Positions 20,413 to 29,942 of a stretch of DNA of 64,000 bases are shown here, one piece after another (positions within the stretch are counted from its first letter, which is position 1; the number at the start of each line of letters is the position of its first letter). The translations under genes and the position numbers were made by a program. The notes beneath the pieces are model-generated. The model searched no databases. It was not told the origin of the DNA and worked only from the letters and a program-made list of their open reading frames with translations. Origin of the DNA: a virus (lineage: Duplodnaviria > Heunggongvirae > Uroviricota > Caudoviricetes); the IMG/VR virus record IMGVR_UViG_3300012956_000001, positions 153,730-217,729 of that record, one strand, 5' to 3'.

Positions 20413-20967
20413 ATGGGTAATAAGCGCCGATCAAAATATGAAAACAAATTTGCCAGTGGTCACACATTTGGCCACTGGCAGGTAACCACGGGCCAGATCG
20501 TTGGCTCACCAGCAACCATTGAAGTTAAGTGTGTTTGTGGTCATACCAAGTTTGTTGATGTATATACGTTGGTCAACGGTAAGTCGGTTAGTTGTGGCTG
20601 TGTTCGCGTAGGCGAGAACGCTCCCAACTGGAAGGGTGTCAAGGGGGTTGCCACGGCAACACTCTCACGAATGATCGGAACGAGCAATGTGTCTGCCAAT
20701 TATGCATCGGTGGTGTACAATGCTCAGAATGGACATTGTGCTCTTACAGGACAGACGCTAACCGCAACATCTGCTCGAGTAGCTCCTATCGATGTATCCA
20801 AGCCCATCTCTGGATCTAATGTAATGCTCGTACACAATAGTATTGCTAGTACTGCTAATGCACTTGGTGCATATGGTACACAAGCAATATCTAATCAGAT
20901 TGTCTCCAATACTTCATTTTCAAACAACATTTTCGATAAGTTAGGATTCAAACCTAACGGAGACTAA
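20413..20967 (+). CDS. HNH-like homing endonuclease (degenerate), paralog of 23034-23654
   Basis: N-terminal FGHW...C.CGH...SCGC zinc-binding block shared with the 23034 ORF; HCALTGQTL...ID...NVMLV resembles a DRID-type HNH core. Confidence 0.45.
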   Translation: MGNKRRSKYENKFASGHTFGHWQVTTGQIVGSPATIEVKCVCGHTKFVDVYTLVNGKSVSCGCVRVGENAPNWKGVKGVATATLSRMIGTSNVSANYASVVYNAQNGHCALTGQTLTATSARVAPIDVSKPISGSNVMLVHNSIASTANALGAYGTQAISNQIVSNTSFSNNIFDKLGFKPNGD

Positions 20968-20969
20968 TC

Positions 20970-21149
20970 ATGTGTTACGTTCGCTCTTGTTGCAACTGTT
21001 GTGGCTGTAGATGCTGTCACGGATATCATTATGTGGCACCACGACCAATATACATTTCACCAGTTACAACCACAACTGTAGTTACCACCACAACCACCAC
21101 ACGTACTAACGTCCTAGATAAACTAGGCTTCAATAAAAGAGGTTACTAA
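20970..21149 (+). CDS. cysteine-rich, Thr-rich mini-protein (59 aa) not in ORF track
   Basis: MCYVRSCCNCCGCRCCHGYHY...TTTTVVTTTTTT...LDKLGFNKRGY; 2-nt and 1-nt spacers to flanking genes. Confidence 0.45.
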   Translation: MCYVRSCCNCCGCRCCHGYHYVAPRPIYISPVTTTTVVTTTTTTRTNVLDKLGFNKRGY

Positions 21150-21150
21150 T

Positions 21151-21915
21151 ATGGCTACCAAGACTACCAAGACTGTAAAGAAGACAGTCAAAGCAAAGAA
21201 GACTACATCGAAGAATACCGCCAAAAAGACTTATGTAGCCATTGTTCTTGATCGTTCTGGCTCAATGGGTGGACTTGTAAAGGAAACTGTTGCTGGATTA
21301 AACGAACAGTTTGCTGCACTTCGCCGAGACGCTGATCTAGGCGGTGAAACCGAAGTTACTCTGGTACAGTTTGATGATCGTATTGATATCATACTGGATG
21401 GACAGCCGGCTAAGGAACTGGTTAATTGGACGGACAAAGATTTCCAACCGCGTGGCATGACCGCTATGTACGATGCCATCTGGACAGCCATCACCAACTT
21501 GAAGTCCAAGCATGAAACAGAAGATACGGGCTTTTTGGTATGTGTTATTTCCGATGGTCACGAAAATTCATCCCGCGAAATTACCCAACCAGCTCTATCA
21601 GCAGAAATCAAGCGTCTTCAAGATAGTGGCAAGTGGACATTTACGTACATGTTGGCAAATCAAGACATTCATCAGGCGGCTGCAACGCTTGGAGCCAACA
21701 TCAACAATGTCAGTTCATGGACGACCACGACTGCAGGTGCCGGAATTGCATATACAAGTAATGCCGTCGGCGCAGCATCATATCTAGGTGCTCGTAATTC
21801 TGGGTTGAGATCGGTAAGCAACTTTTATGCTAGTGCCACACCCACGGTAGCTAACATTGATCCAAATTCAACTGCTGCACCATCAACCACAACAGCCAAT
21901 ACACAAGGTAAGTAA
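21151..21915 (+). CDS. von Willebrand factor A domain protein with Lys-rich histone H1-like N-terminal tail
   Basis: MIDAS motif VLDRSGSMGG (DxSxS), downstream T and D residues (ISDGHENSS); N-terminus MATKTTKTVKKTVKAKKTTSKNTAKK. Confidence 0.75.
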   Translation: MATKTTKTVKKTVKAKKTTSKNTAKKTYVAIVLDRSGSMGGLVKETVAGLNEQFAALRRDADLGGETEVTLVQFDDRIDIILDGQPAKELVNWTDKDFQPRGMTAMYDAIWTAITNLKSKHETEDTGFLVCVISDGHENSSREITQPALSAEIKRLQDSGKWTFTYMLANQDIHQAAATLGANINNVSSWTTTTAGAGIAYTSNAVGAASYLGARNSGLRSVSNFYASATPTVANIDPNSTAAPSTTTANTQGK

Positions 21916-21916
21916 T

Positions 21917-22228
21917 ATGACCGAACTCACCCCGTCTGAATTTGACACACTAGTAACCACCAATGACATGTTTGTAATAAAGTTTTGGGCGGGGTGGTGC
22001 GAGTCTTGTATGGAAGCAGATCCTATTATTGAATCCGTCGCATCTACAACAGAAATACCATTTTATTCTGTGAATGTAGATTTGTATCCAGAAATTAAAC
22101 ATAGTGCACGTATAAAAGCGATCCCGGCTGTTTTATTTTACAAAGAGCGCCGTGTGCGATCATTTTTATTTGGCAATATTACAGAAGATAAAATCAAACA
22201 ACGACTATTGATGTTGGAGAGAATGTAA
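21917..22228 (+). CDS. thioredoxin-like protein
   Basis: FWAGWCESCM contains WCxxC active-site motif; start taken at ATG 21917 one nt after vWA stop. Confidence 0.7.
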   Translation: MTELTPSEFDTLVTTNDMFVIKFWAGWCESCMEADPIIESVASTTEIPFYSVNVDLYPEIKHSARIKAIPAVLFYKERRVRSFLFGNITEDKIKQRLLMLERM

Positions 22229-22229
22229 T

Positions 22230-22688
22230 ATGAACATAGGTTTTATGAAATTAGATCCAAAAGCAACCATTCCCACCAAAGCACATGATGATGATCTTGG
22301 ATTTGATTTGTATGCTTTAGAAGATGTAGACATTCTCGCAGGCGATGTAACAAAGGTACGAACGGGTATCGCAATGCGGTCACCCTCTAAATTCTTTACG
22401 AATGGATTGCTGACTACATTGGTAAACTATGGTGGAATACTAAAGGATCGATCCAGCGTGGCCACCAAGCAAAAAGTGTTCGTGGTTGCTGGGGTTATTG
22501 ATCCTCAATATACGGGTGAAATACTCGTAGCATTTGCTAATCCTCTTAATAAGGATGTAATGTTTAAGGCCGGTGATAAAATTGCACAGTTGGTACTAGT
22601 AGCTAGTCATCCAGCAGATGCACATGAAATTTTTGAAATTCAACCAACTACACGAGCCGACAAAGGTTTTGGGAGCAGCGGAACATGA
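22230..22688 (+). CDS. dut: dUTP pyrophosphatase
   Basis: 152 aa; GFDLYA, RSPS, GVIDPQYTGEI motifs of trimeric dUTPase. Confidence 0.85.
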   Translation: MNIGFMKLDPKATIPTKAHDDDLGFDLYALEDVDILAGDVTKVRTGIAMRSPSKFFTNGLLTTLVNYGGILKDRSSVATKQKVFVVAGVIDPQYTGEILVAFANPLNKDVMFKAGDKIAQLVLVASHPADAHEIFEIQPTTRADKGFGSSGT

Positions 22689-22999
22689 ACTTAATTGATT
22701 GGATTGATTCAAAGCCATTTGAATTCAAGAAAATCAACGTTCGTCCGTGGGGCGGATTTGAGCTATCCGTAAGCAAAGATGCTACTAATTGGATTGCTTT
22801 TAGCCGCCCCTTTGGCTCTGGATTCACTGAAAAGGAAGCATTTGAAAGCCTCTTGATTGAATCGTTACAATCTGATATATTACGTCCACAAATTACCAAT
22901 TGGATCGGTGAGGAATGGATTAAAGAATTGCAAGAAATCCCACAACCACAGGTTACTGATGTTCCAGAACATATGCATTTGACACCATACACTAGCTAG
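22685..22999 (+). CDS. hypothetical protein
   Basis: 104-aa ORF with ATGA overlap to dut. Confidence 0.4.
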   Translation: MNLIDWIDSKPFEFKKINVRPWGGFELSVSKDATNWIAFSRPFGSGFTEKEAFESLLIESLQSDILRPQITNWIGEEWIKELQEIPQPQVTDVPEHMHLTPYTS

Positions 23000-23033
23000 T
23001 TATACAGTATAATAACTACACATATGGTGATTC

Positions 23034-23654
23034 ATGAAATATTCTATGTTACAAATTGCAAGCAATAGTAAGTATATTAATTTTGTTAAGCTAAATGAAT
23101 GTTTTGGTCATTGGCGTATATTAGATATTACCGCACATGTGACAAAAAATAAAAGACAAAGCGGCATTTATTTTTTATGCAAATGTAATATATGCCAAAT
23201 AAAAACTCAGTTTGTTAACATACATCAATTAAAAAAACATAAGTCTTTTAATTCTGGTGGGTGTATTTCTTGTTCTAGGAAGCGTAATACGCCGTCGGGA
23301 AATGAAAGTATATTATGGAAGGGTTACGAAGAAATACCGATGTCGTATATACACAACATACGAAATTCTGCAATTAGAAGAAATTTGAAATGGGATGTAG
23401 ATTTGCCTTATTTGTGGAATTTATTTCTACACCAAAATAGAATGTGTAAAATTTCTGGTGTGTCATTGAATTTTTCATCTTCTATAAATTTACGAGATGG
23501 AACAGCATCATTAGATCGTATTGATAGATCTATAGGATATATTCGTGGTAATTTACAATGGGTACACAAAATTGTAAATGAAATGAAGTGGGACATGACG
23601 GATGTTGAATTAATCAATTGGTGTAATACTATATCACATTATAATGGTAAATAA
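23034..23654 (+). CDS. freestanding HNH homing endonuclease, markedly AT-rich
   Basis: N-terminal FGHW..C.C..C zinc module; C-terminal SLDRIDRSIGYIRGNLQWV HNH core; local AT-rich composition and flanking palindrome AGTTATAcagTATAACT at 22997-23016. Confidence 0.7.
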   Translation: MKYSMLQIASNSKYINFVKLNECFGHWRILDITAHVTKNKRQSGIYFLCKCNICQIKTQFVNIHQLKKHKSFNSGGCISCSRKRNTPSGNESILWKGYEEIPMSYIHNIRNSAIRRNLKWDVDLPYLWNLFLHQNRMCKISGVSLNFSSSINLRDGTASLDRIDRSIGYIRGNLQWVHKIVNEMKWDMTDVELINWCNTISHYNGK

Positions 23655-23660
23655 TACTAG

Positions 23661-26225
23661 ATGTATAACAATATATTTATAACAAATAGAACTGCCGATC
23701 AAGACTCTATTGTATATGTGTGGGGTGACGGCCAACATAATGATTCAGGATTGCACACATACAATTGGTCAGATTTTAACTATTCTTATAAGCTTGATCG
23801 TAATGGTGATAAGCAAACCATTTACGGTGATCGTGTAAGTCGTACAACACGATGGACCGAGGGTGCAAGCAATATATTCGAGAGCGATGTACCGCGTGAA
23901 ACCCGCGTACTCACCGACCTATATCTTGACAGCGACGAAGTAGCCAAGAATCATCGACTGCTTGTATTCGACTTGGAAGTGGAACGTGTTGCTGGTGCAT
24001 TTGCCTCGGTCGAAAAGGCTGATGGTAGAATCACCGCAATTGGTTGTTATGCCGACGTTCGTGATGAGTACGTGGTGTTTCTGCTCGATGATAAACAAAG
24101 ATTCTCCCCAAGAAAACAAACCGTAAAGAACGAAACCATTATTGCATTTGACTCTGAGAGTGAAATGCTTGAAGCGTTTCTATCCTATTATAGTGACTAT
24201 GCACCAACGTTGCTAACTGGATGGAACATCTATGCATATGACGTACCATATCTGTATCGTAGATTGATGGTGTTGTTTGACAAAGAAACGGCCAACTCAC
24301 TCAGTCCGATTGGAATGGTCAAATACTCCAAGCGCCGCGGGCAGTATCAAATTGCTGGTGTAAGTTGTTTGGACTATCTTGAAATGTATCAGAAGTTTAC
24401 ATTCTCACGCCGTCCGAGTTATCGCTTGCATGACATTGGATTGTATGAAGTAGAGATGGGTAAGATCGAATACGATGGCAGTCTAGATGACTTCTACAAA
24501 AACGACCTACCAGGCTTTATTGAGTACAACCTTCAAGACGTGCGTATCGTTGTTGAAATTGACAAGAAGATGAAGCTTGTGGATCTGGTCAAGAATATCA
24601 GTCACGTTGGCCATACACAATACGAAGATTATCGTTACAGTTCAAAGTACATTGAAGGTACGATTCTAACTTATCTACATCGTCAGGGTCGTGTCGTACC
24701 CAACAAGCGTGCTGAAGGACGTGCTGAATTTGAAGAAAAGCTTGAACTAGACGAGGAAGGATTCAAGGGTGCGTATGTAAAGGAACCAGAGACGGGCTTG
24801 TATAATTGGGTGTATAACCTAGACTTACAATCACTGTATCCGTCAATCATTATGTCATTGAACATTAGTCCAGAGACAAAGATTGGATACGTCAAGAATT
24901 GGAACCTTGACCAGCATTTAAAGAAAACTGCAACACATTACATTGTTGAGATTGGATCGGCAGAAAATCTACTGACCAGAGATCAGTTTATTCAATTCAT
25001 GAAAGACGAAAAGTTCATGGTATCGTCCAATGGTGTATTGTATCGATCCGACAAGCTCGGCGTCATTCCAGAAATTCTAGATGTGTGGTTCAATCAGCGA
25101 CTAGAATTTAAGAGCCTACAGAAGAAATACAAGAAAGAGGGTAATGTCGATCTTGCTGGGTACTATGATCGTCGTCAGCACGTGCAGAAGATTTTGCTGA
25201 ATTCGATTTATGGTGTTCTTGGATTGCCTATCTTTAGATTCTACGATCTGGACAATGCATTGGCTGTTACTGCGACCGGACAAGATGTTATCAAGATGAC
25301 CGCAAAATTCATCAATCAAAAATACATCAAACACACCGGGGACACCGATAAGACAGATTGGTGTATTTACATCGACACTGACTCTGTATATTTCAGTGCA
25401 GAACCATTTTTTGATGGCACCGAGAAAACCGACGAAGATCGTATTAAGAAAACGATTGAAGTTGCTGCGGATGCGGAAGAATCAGTAAACAAGTTCTATG
25501 ATGTGATGTCACGCGTTTCATTCTTCTGTATGAATCATCGATTTGTCATTAAACCAGAATATGTTTCACGTAGAGCAATGTGGGTGGCCAAGAAGCGATA
25601 TGCATTATGGACCGTACACGATTTAGACAATAATGTGCCGGTTACATCTACAGAACCATCCGTCAAGGGATTAGACATTCGTCGATCAAGTTTCCCACCA
25701 GCGTTCAAGGATTTGATGAACAATTGCTTGACCGGCATTCTTAATGACGCACCAAAGGAAGAATTGGATGTCATTATCTTGAAGTTTAGATCGGATATGA
25801 ACTCTATGTCATTTAAGACTATCGCACGAAATACATCAGTGAAGAATGTTTCAGAGTTCGATGTCAAGGGTGCAGTAGGATACCAAAAGTTTCCTAAGAA
25901 GGCCGCTGCTCACGTAAAGGCATCGGTATCATACAATCGTTGGCTCCGAGCACACAAGATGGATAAATCGCATGGTGTGATTCGTGACGGTGATAAGATC
26001 AAGTGGTGTTACTTGAAGAAAAACGAATTTGGTATTAAGACAATGGCGCTTAAAGGATATGATGATCCCGAGGAACTACAAGAACTCGTATACAACAATA
26101 TTGACCACCAGACCCTATTCGACAACGAATTAAAGAATAAACTGGATGATTTTTACTCTGCTATGGGGTGGGGATTGGTGCCAACCTCAGTCAATCAGTC
26201 GGCCGCGACCTTCTTTGACTTCTAG
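23661..26225 (+). CDS. gp43: family-B DNA polymerase (T4 gp43-like)
   Basis: 854 aa; exo motif LVFDLEVE, motif A DLQSLYPSII, motif C YIDTDSVYF, KKRY motif. Confidence 0.9.
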   Translation: MYNNIFITNRTADQDSIVYVWGDGQHNDSGLHTYNWSDFNYSYKLDRNGDKQTIYGDRVSRTTRWTEGASNIFESDVPRETRVLTDLYLDSDEVAKNHRLLVFDLEVERVAGAFASVEKADGRITAIGCYADVRDEYVVFLLDDKQRFSPRKQTVKNETIIAFDSESEMLEAFLSYYSDYAPTLLTGWNIYAYDVPYLYRRLMVLFDKETANSLSPIGMVKYSKRRGQYQIAGVSCLDYLEMYQKFTFSRRPSYRLHDIGLYEVEMGKIEYDGSLDDFYKNDLPGFIEYNLQDVRIVVEIDKKMKLVDLVKNISHVGHTQYEDYRYSSKYIEGTILTYLHRQGRVVPNKRAEGRAEFEEKLELDEEGFKGAYVKEPETGLYNWVYNLDLQSLYPSIIMSLNISPETKIGYVKNWNLDQHLKKTATHYIVEIGSAENLLTRDQFIQFMKDEKFMVSSNGVLYRSDKLGVIPEILDVWFNQRLEFKSLQKKYKKEGNVDLAGYYDRRQHVQKILLNSIYGVLGLPIFRFYDLDNALAVTATGQDVIKMTAKFINQKYIKHTGDTDKTDWCIYIDTDSVYFSAEPFFDGTEKTDEDRIKKTIEVAADAEESVNKFYDVMSRVSFFCMNHRFVIKPEYVSRRAMWVAKKRYALWTVHDLDNNVPVTSTEPSVKGLDIRRSSFPPAFKDLMNNCLTGILNDAPKEELDVIILKFRSDMNSMSFKTIARNTSVKNVSEFDVKGAVGYQKFPKKAAAHVKASVSYNRWLRAHKMDKSHGVIRDGDKIKWCYLKKNEFGIKTMALKGYDDPEELQELVYNNIDHQTLFDNELKNKLDDFYSAMGWGLVPTSVNQSAATFFDF

Positions 26226-26312
26226 TTGTATAGATTGTATACAACCTAGTATATCTTGAAATTGGTATACTAATTGAGTATCTTTATACAATGACCCGAA
26301 CCAGAGGATATA

Positions 26313-26759
26313 ATGAAGCTATACATTCCGCGCATTGGCGAAATTATTGAACTGTCTGCCCCGTGGCAGTTCGACTTGTTTTATGAAAATCGCAATGAGA
26401 GCGTATGGATGAAACTTAATCTTCCACTTGCTATGCCTCAACCAGGCGGATTTAACTATTTTGGGGCAAGCACAGCATTTGATCCCACCGATATTACCGT
26501 ACATAATCTTACAATGATTCCTCGTGAGAAATTTCCACCCACATCATGGAACAGATATATTGTATCTGCACCAGTGGAGTTTCCGACCGGGACAAAACTT
26601 AGTATCGAAAAAATTCAAATTCGTAGAGGTATGCGCCAATTTGATTCTATTACATTTCGAGTTCAACCCGGCACCACACCCGGATTTGAAAAAGGCAAGC
26701 CTAAATTCTGGGCCAAACTAGATCAAGTAAATACTATGGAGTGTGTTGACCGTGTATAA
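26313..26759 (+). CDS. hypothetical protein
   Basis: 148-aa ORF, GAGGA RBS; 3' end overlaps ligase start. Confidence 0.4.
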   Translation: MKLYIPRIGEIIELSAPWQFDLFYENRNESVWMKLNLPLAMPQPGGFNYFGASTAFDPTDITVHNLTMIPREKFPPTSWNRYIVSAPVEFPTGTKLSIEKIQIRRGMRQFDSITFRVQPGTTPGFEKGKPKFWAKLDQVNTMECVDRV

Positions 26760-27861
26760 GATCATCCATTCGTCACCCGAACTTGTGTCCACCACCAGAA
26801 CTGGTAGTCAGAAGTTCTGGCAAGGTCATGTTGGTAATGATGGCTCGAAGTGGTACACCCAAACTTCATATTGGCAAGTCAACAAGGCTGGCAAAAAGTC
26901 ACTGGTCCAATTTTCTGATCCGTATGAAGCAACGGTCAAGAATGCCGGGCGCGCCAACGAAACTAATCCCGAACAACAAGCAAATTTTGAATTCACTAGT
27001 ATGGTTCAAAAACAACGTGACAAGGGCTACACCGAAGTTGGTGCGAAATCCACGGTATTGCCATTGCCTATGTTGGCAGAGAAGTTCAAGGATCGTGGTC
27101 ATAAGATTACGTGGCCTGCGTATGTACAACGTAAGTACAACGGTCAGAGAATGCTGTTTGATGGGTGGGTTGGCTGGTCACGGGGAGGCAAGTATATCAT
27201 CCCCGAGGTCATTCAACACCTAAAGAATGGAACCACACTCAATTATATTCTTGATGGTGAATTGATCCTGCCTAATAATCTCTTGTTGCAAGAGACAATG
27301 AAGGCATCAAAGAAATACACCAAGGGATTGTCTGATCAGCTTCTATATATCGTATATGATATCGTTATTCCTAACGAACCATTTAGCAAGCGATTGGAAA
27401 TTCTCAAAAAGCTTATGCCAACTATGCCTGCCAACGTTAAGCTGGCTGAGACATATTTGGTTCACGATGTTTCCGAAGTGGCTACTTATCAAAAGCAATT
27501 TACCGCCGCTGGATACGAAGGTACGATGATTCGTGACGATTCTGGTGGTTATGAGATTGGGCATCGGTCAAATCAGCTACAAAAGTTGAAGGACTTTGTA
27601 GACGCTGAATTTAAGATTGTCGGTGTCAATGAAGGATCGGGTCGTTTTGCCGGGGCCGCCATCTTCTCGTGTGACAACGGCTACGGACAACTCTTTGACT
27701 GTGTGCCCGAGGGCACAATGGAATATAAACGAGATTTGTTTAATACCCGTGACTCACTGATCGGTCAATGGTTGACCGTTCGATATCAAGAATTGTCTAA
27801 GGACAAGGTTCCGATCTTTCCTGTTGGTGTGACGATCCGAGACGAGGCAGACTTTAAATGA
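26743..27861 (+). CDS. ATP-dependent DNA ligase
   Basis: motif I RKYNGQRML (KxDG-type adenylation lysine), nucleotidyltransferase domain followed by OB domain; GTG/TTG start. Confidence 0.8.
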   Translation: MLTVYKIIHSSPELVSTTRTGSQKFWQGHVGNDGSKWYTQTSYWQVNKAGKKSLVQFSDPYEATVKNAGRANETNPEQQANFEFTSMVQKQRDKGYTEVGAKSTVLPLPMLAEKFKDRGHKITWPAYVQRKYNGQRMLFDGWVGWSRGGKYIIPEVIQHLKNGTTLNYILDGELILPNNLLLQETMKASKKYTKGLSDQLLYIVYDIVIPNEPFSKRLEILKKLMPTMPANVKLAETYLVHDVSEVATYQKQFTAAGYEGTMIRDDSGGYEIGHRSNQLQKLKDFVDAEFKIVGVNEGSGRFAGAAIFSCDNGYGQLFDCVPEGTMEYKRDLFNTRDSLIGQWLTVRYQELSKDKVPIFPVGVTIRDEADFK

Positions 27862-28145
27862 CCACATATCGTGACAATCTTGGACACTTTTATATTCCGC
27901 CTCATTTGTTGGAATTGTCTGAAAAGTACGTTCCAGAAAAGTCTACATACGATCAGGTGTTTTCGCCGGACGTTGGTCCGGCCGTATGGACGGTTGTAAA
28001 ATCATTCAAGGCATCAAAGGGAACCTCCACGCATACAGTTGAGCGTAAGGGAAATGAATTGAAGTGTTCATGTCAATCGTTTCGTATTCAAAAGATGGGT
28101 TCTTGCAAGCACACAGTTGCAGTTGCTGAGGAACTCGGCATCTAA
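27858..28145 (+). CDS. hypothetical protein with C/H cluster
   Basis: 95 aa; CSCQSF...CKH possible zinc site. Confidence 0.35.
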   Translation: MTTYRDNLGHFYIPPHLLELSEKYVPEKSTYDQVFSPDVGPAVWTVVKSFKASKGTSTHTVERKGNELKCSCQSFRIQKMGSCKHTVAVAEELGI

Positions 28146-28157
28146 TGGAGTTGAATT

Positions 28158-28517
28158 ATGTCATATTGTAGATTTAGTAATGGTGATGTGTACATGTACC
28201 TTCATGCAGATGGTTTCATTGAATGTTGTAGCTGTTCATTCGAACCCACCACAAAAACCAATATGGGTGCGTTAGCAAAAATGCTAGGGCTTACACCAAA
28301 AACACATCCAGAACTGTATGAAGATTTTGATATGCCCGGTTCAGCACAGTTCAATCTTCGAAGTGAAGCAATTGAACATTTGTTGAAGCATAGAGAAGCC
28401 GGACATAGCATTCCAAAATATGCAATTGAAAAACTAAACAAGGAAATTCGAAACGATGGGGATTCTGTCAAGCCCGATGAAGATGGGGCATCATCCATCG
28501 TAGATTTAGGTAGTTGA
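28158..28517 (+). CDS. hypothetical protein
   Basis: 119-aa ORF. Confidence 0.35.
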   Translation: MSYCRFSNGDVYMYLHADGFIECCSCSFEPTTKTNMGALAKMLGLTPKTHPELYEDFDMPGSAQFNLRSEAIEHLLKHREAGHSIPKYAIEKLNKEIRNDGDSVKPDEDGASSIVDLGS

Positions 28518-28562
28518 GTTATACACTTGACTTTTGAATGGTTATGAGTTAGATTTACTACG

Positions 28563-28612
28563 TATAGATGAACAACGAAAGATGTTTTCGGACAAGTAGT
28601 TGTTCATCTATA
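28563..28612 (+). repeat. 14-bp perfect inverted repeat TATAGATGAACAAC / GTTGTTCATCTATA with 22-nt loop
   Basis: seen directly; lies between hypothetical gene and NAD-salvage genes. Confidence 0.6.
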
Positions 28613-28623
28613 ATAAAATACAC

Positions 28624-28648
28624 CTTAGATACAGATACGAGGTAACAT
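28624..28648 (+). promoter_or_regulatory. copy 1 (diverged) of repeated upstream element CTTAGATACA(A)GATA...
   Basis: accttagatacagatacgaggtaacatATG directly upstream of NMNAT gene. Confidence 0.4.
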
Positions 28649-29584
28649 ATGAGCAACGATACCCCTACAACGGATGTGGGCGTTATTATCGGTAGATTTC
28701 AAGTTCATCAGTTGCATGAAGCTCACATTGAGCTGATTGAGACGGTGAACAAGAAGCACGATAGGACGCTCATTTTTATTGGCCTGAGCCCACTCCGCAA
28801 CACCACCAGAAATCCTATGGACTTCAACACGCGTCGAAAGATGATTCTTGAATCATTTCCGCAGGTTGAAGTTTATTATATCGAAGATCATCGTAGTGAC
28901 GAAGTTTGGTCTGCCAACTTGGACCGAGAAATTACTAAGTGGTTGAAGCCCCACCAAACCGTCACACTCTATGGTAGTCGGGATAGTTTTATTTCGTCTT
29001 ATCATGGACGATACCAGACTGTTGAATTGCAGTCGAGCAAGATTATCTCTGGATCAGAAATCCGGCGGCGTATTTCGAATTCCTTTGAAAAGGATAAGTC
29101 GTATCGTGCCGGTGTGATTGCCGCGACATTTGATCGATATCCTACCAGTTACACGACCGTTGACATCGCAATCATAAACGAAAAGAATGAAGTTTTGCTG
29201 GGCAAGAAGCCCGGTGAGTTTGCTCTTCGATTCATCGGCGGATTCGCCAGCCCTGATTCCGACACATTCGAACAGGATGCTCGTCGTGAAGCAATGGAAG
29301 AAACTGGACTGAGCATTGATACTCTACGATATGTTGGATCGGCCAAGATCGATGACTGGCGGTACCGTGGTGAGATAGACAAAATCAAAACACTGTTCTT
29401 TGTAGGAAATTACATGTACGGTGCTCCCGAAGCAGGAGATGACATCGAATACGTGGAATGGGTAGATATGACGAGTCTGTTTTCTGGTAAGATTCACATT
29501 GTACCCGAACACATTCCGCTCGTTGTTATGCTCGGTGAATATGTGGGACAAAAGGCTTCGATTTTCAACAACAAAACCTCTTAG
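28649..29584 (+). CDS. bifunctional nicotinamide-nucleotide adenylyltransferase / Nudix hydrolase (NadM-Nudix type)
   Basis: N-terminal GVIIGRFQVHQLHEAH (cytidylyltransferase-fold HxGH-type motif), C-terminal Nudix box REAMEETGL. Confidence 0.7.
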   Translation: MSNDTPTTDVGVIIGRFQVHQLHEAHIELIETVNKKHDRTLIFIGLSPLRNTTRNPMDFNTRRKMILESFPQVEVYYIEDHRSDEVWSANLDREITKWLKPHQTVTLYGSRDSFISSYHGRYQTVELQSSKIISGSEIRRRISNSFEKDKSYRAGVIAATFDRYPTSYTTVDIAIINEKNEVLLGKKPGEFALRFIGGFASPDSDTFEQDARREAMEETGLSIDTLRYVGSAKIDDWRYRGEIDKIKTLFFVGNYMYGAPEAGDDIEYVEWVDMTSLFSGKIHIVPEHIPLVVMLGEYVGQKASIFNNKTS

Positions 29585-29607
29585 ATACAAGATATAGGAG
29601 AAATACA
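29580..29607 (+). promoter_or_regulatory. copy 2 of repeated upstream element CTCTTAGATACAAGATATAGGAGAAaTACAATG
   Basis: near-identical 33-nt string also at 29913-29945. Confidence 0.5.
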
Positions 29608-29910
29608 ATGACACCCGAAATCAGAACTATGGAAGAACAGGTACGAGAATTACAGAAGAAAATTGAATCTGCAAAAGCCGCTGAGTTGGAAGCAAATGAT
29701 CCGGCTAAAAAAGTTGCCGATTTGATCCATACCGTAACCTGTCACTCCAATCATGTCGATATGTGTGGCTGGGAGTATGAAAATTCAGAATCATATAAAA
29801 AGCCCGGTACCACTAGAAATCGATATTATGTTCGCGCACAAAAGCTTATTGTGAACGAAAATGTAAAGGAACTCATTCGTATTATCACCAAATTTCATTC
29901 AACCAGATAA
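29608..29910 (+). CDS. hypothetical protein between the two NAD salvage genes
   Basis: 100 aa, own copy of the repeated upstream element. Confidence 0.4.
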   Translation: MTPEIRTMEEQVRELQKKIESAKAAELEANDPAKKVADLIHTVTCHSNHVDMCGWEYENSESYKKPGTTRNRYYVRAQKLIVNENVKELIRIITKFHSTR

Positions 29911-29914
29911 CACT

Positions 29915-29942
29915 CTTAGATACAAGATATAGGAGAATTACA
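29915..29942 (+). promoter_or_regulatory. copy 3 of repeated upstream element CTCTTAGATACAAGATATAGGAGAAtTACAATG
   Basis: seen directly. Confidence 0.5.

Noticed and set aside
20592-20819. 75-aa Cys-rich + strand ORF in alternate frame
   Set aside because: Fully nested in the HNH-like ORF 20413-20967; no RBS; likely an out-of-frame artefact.
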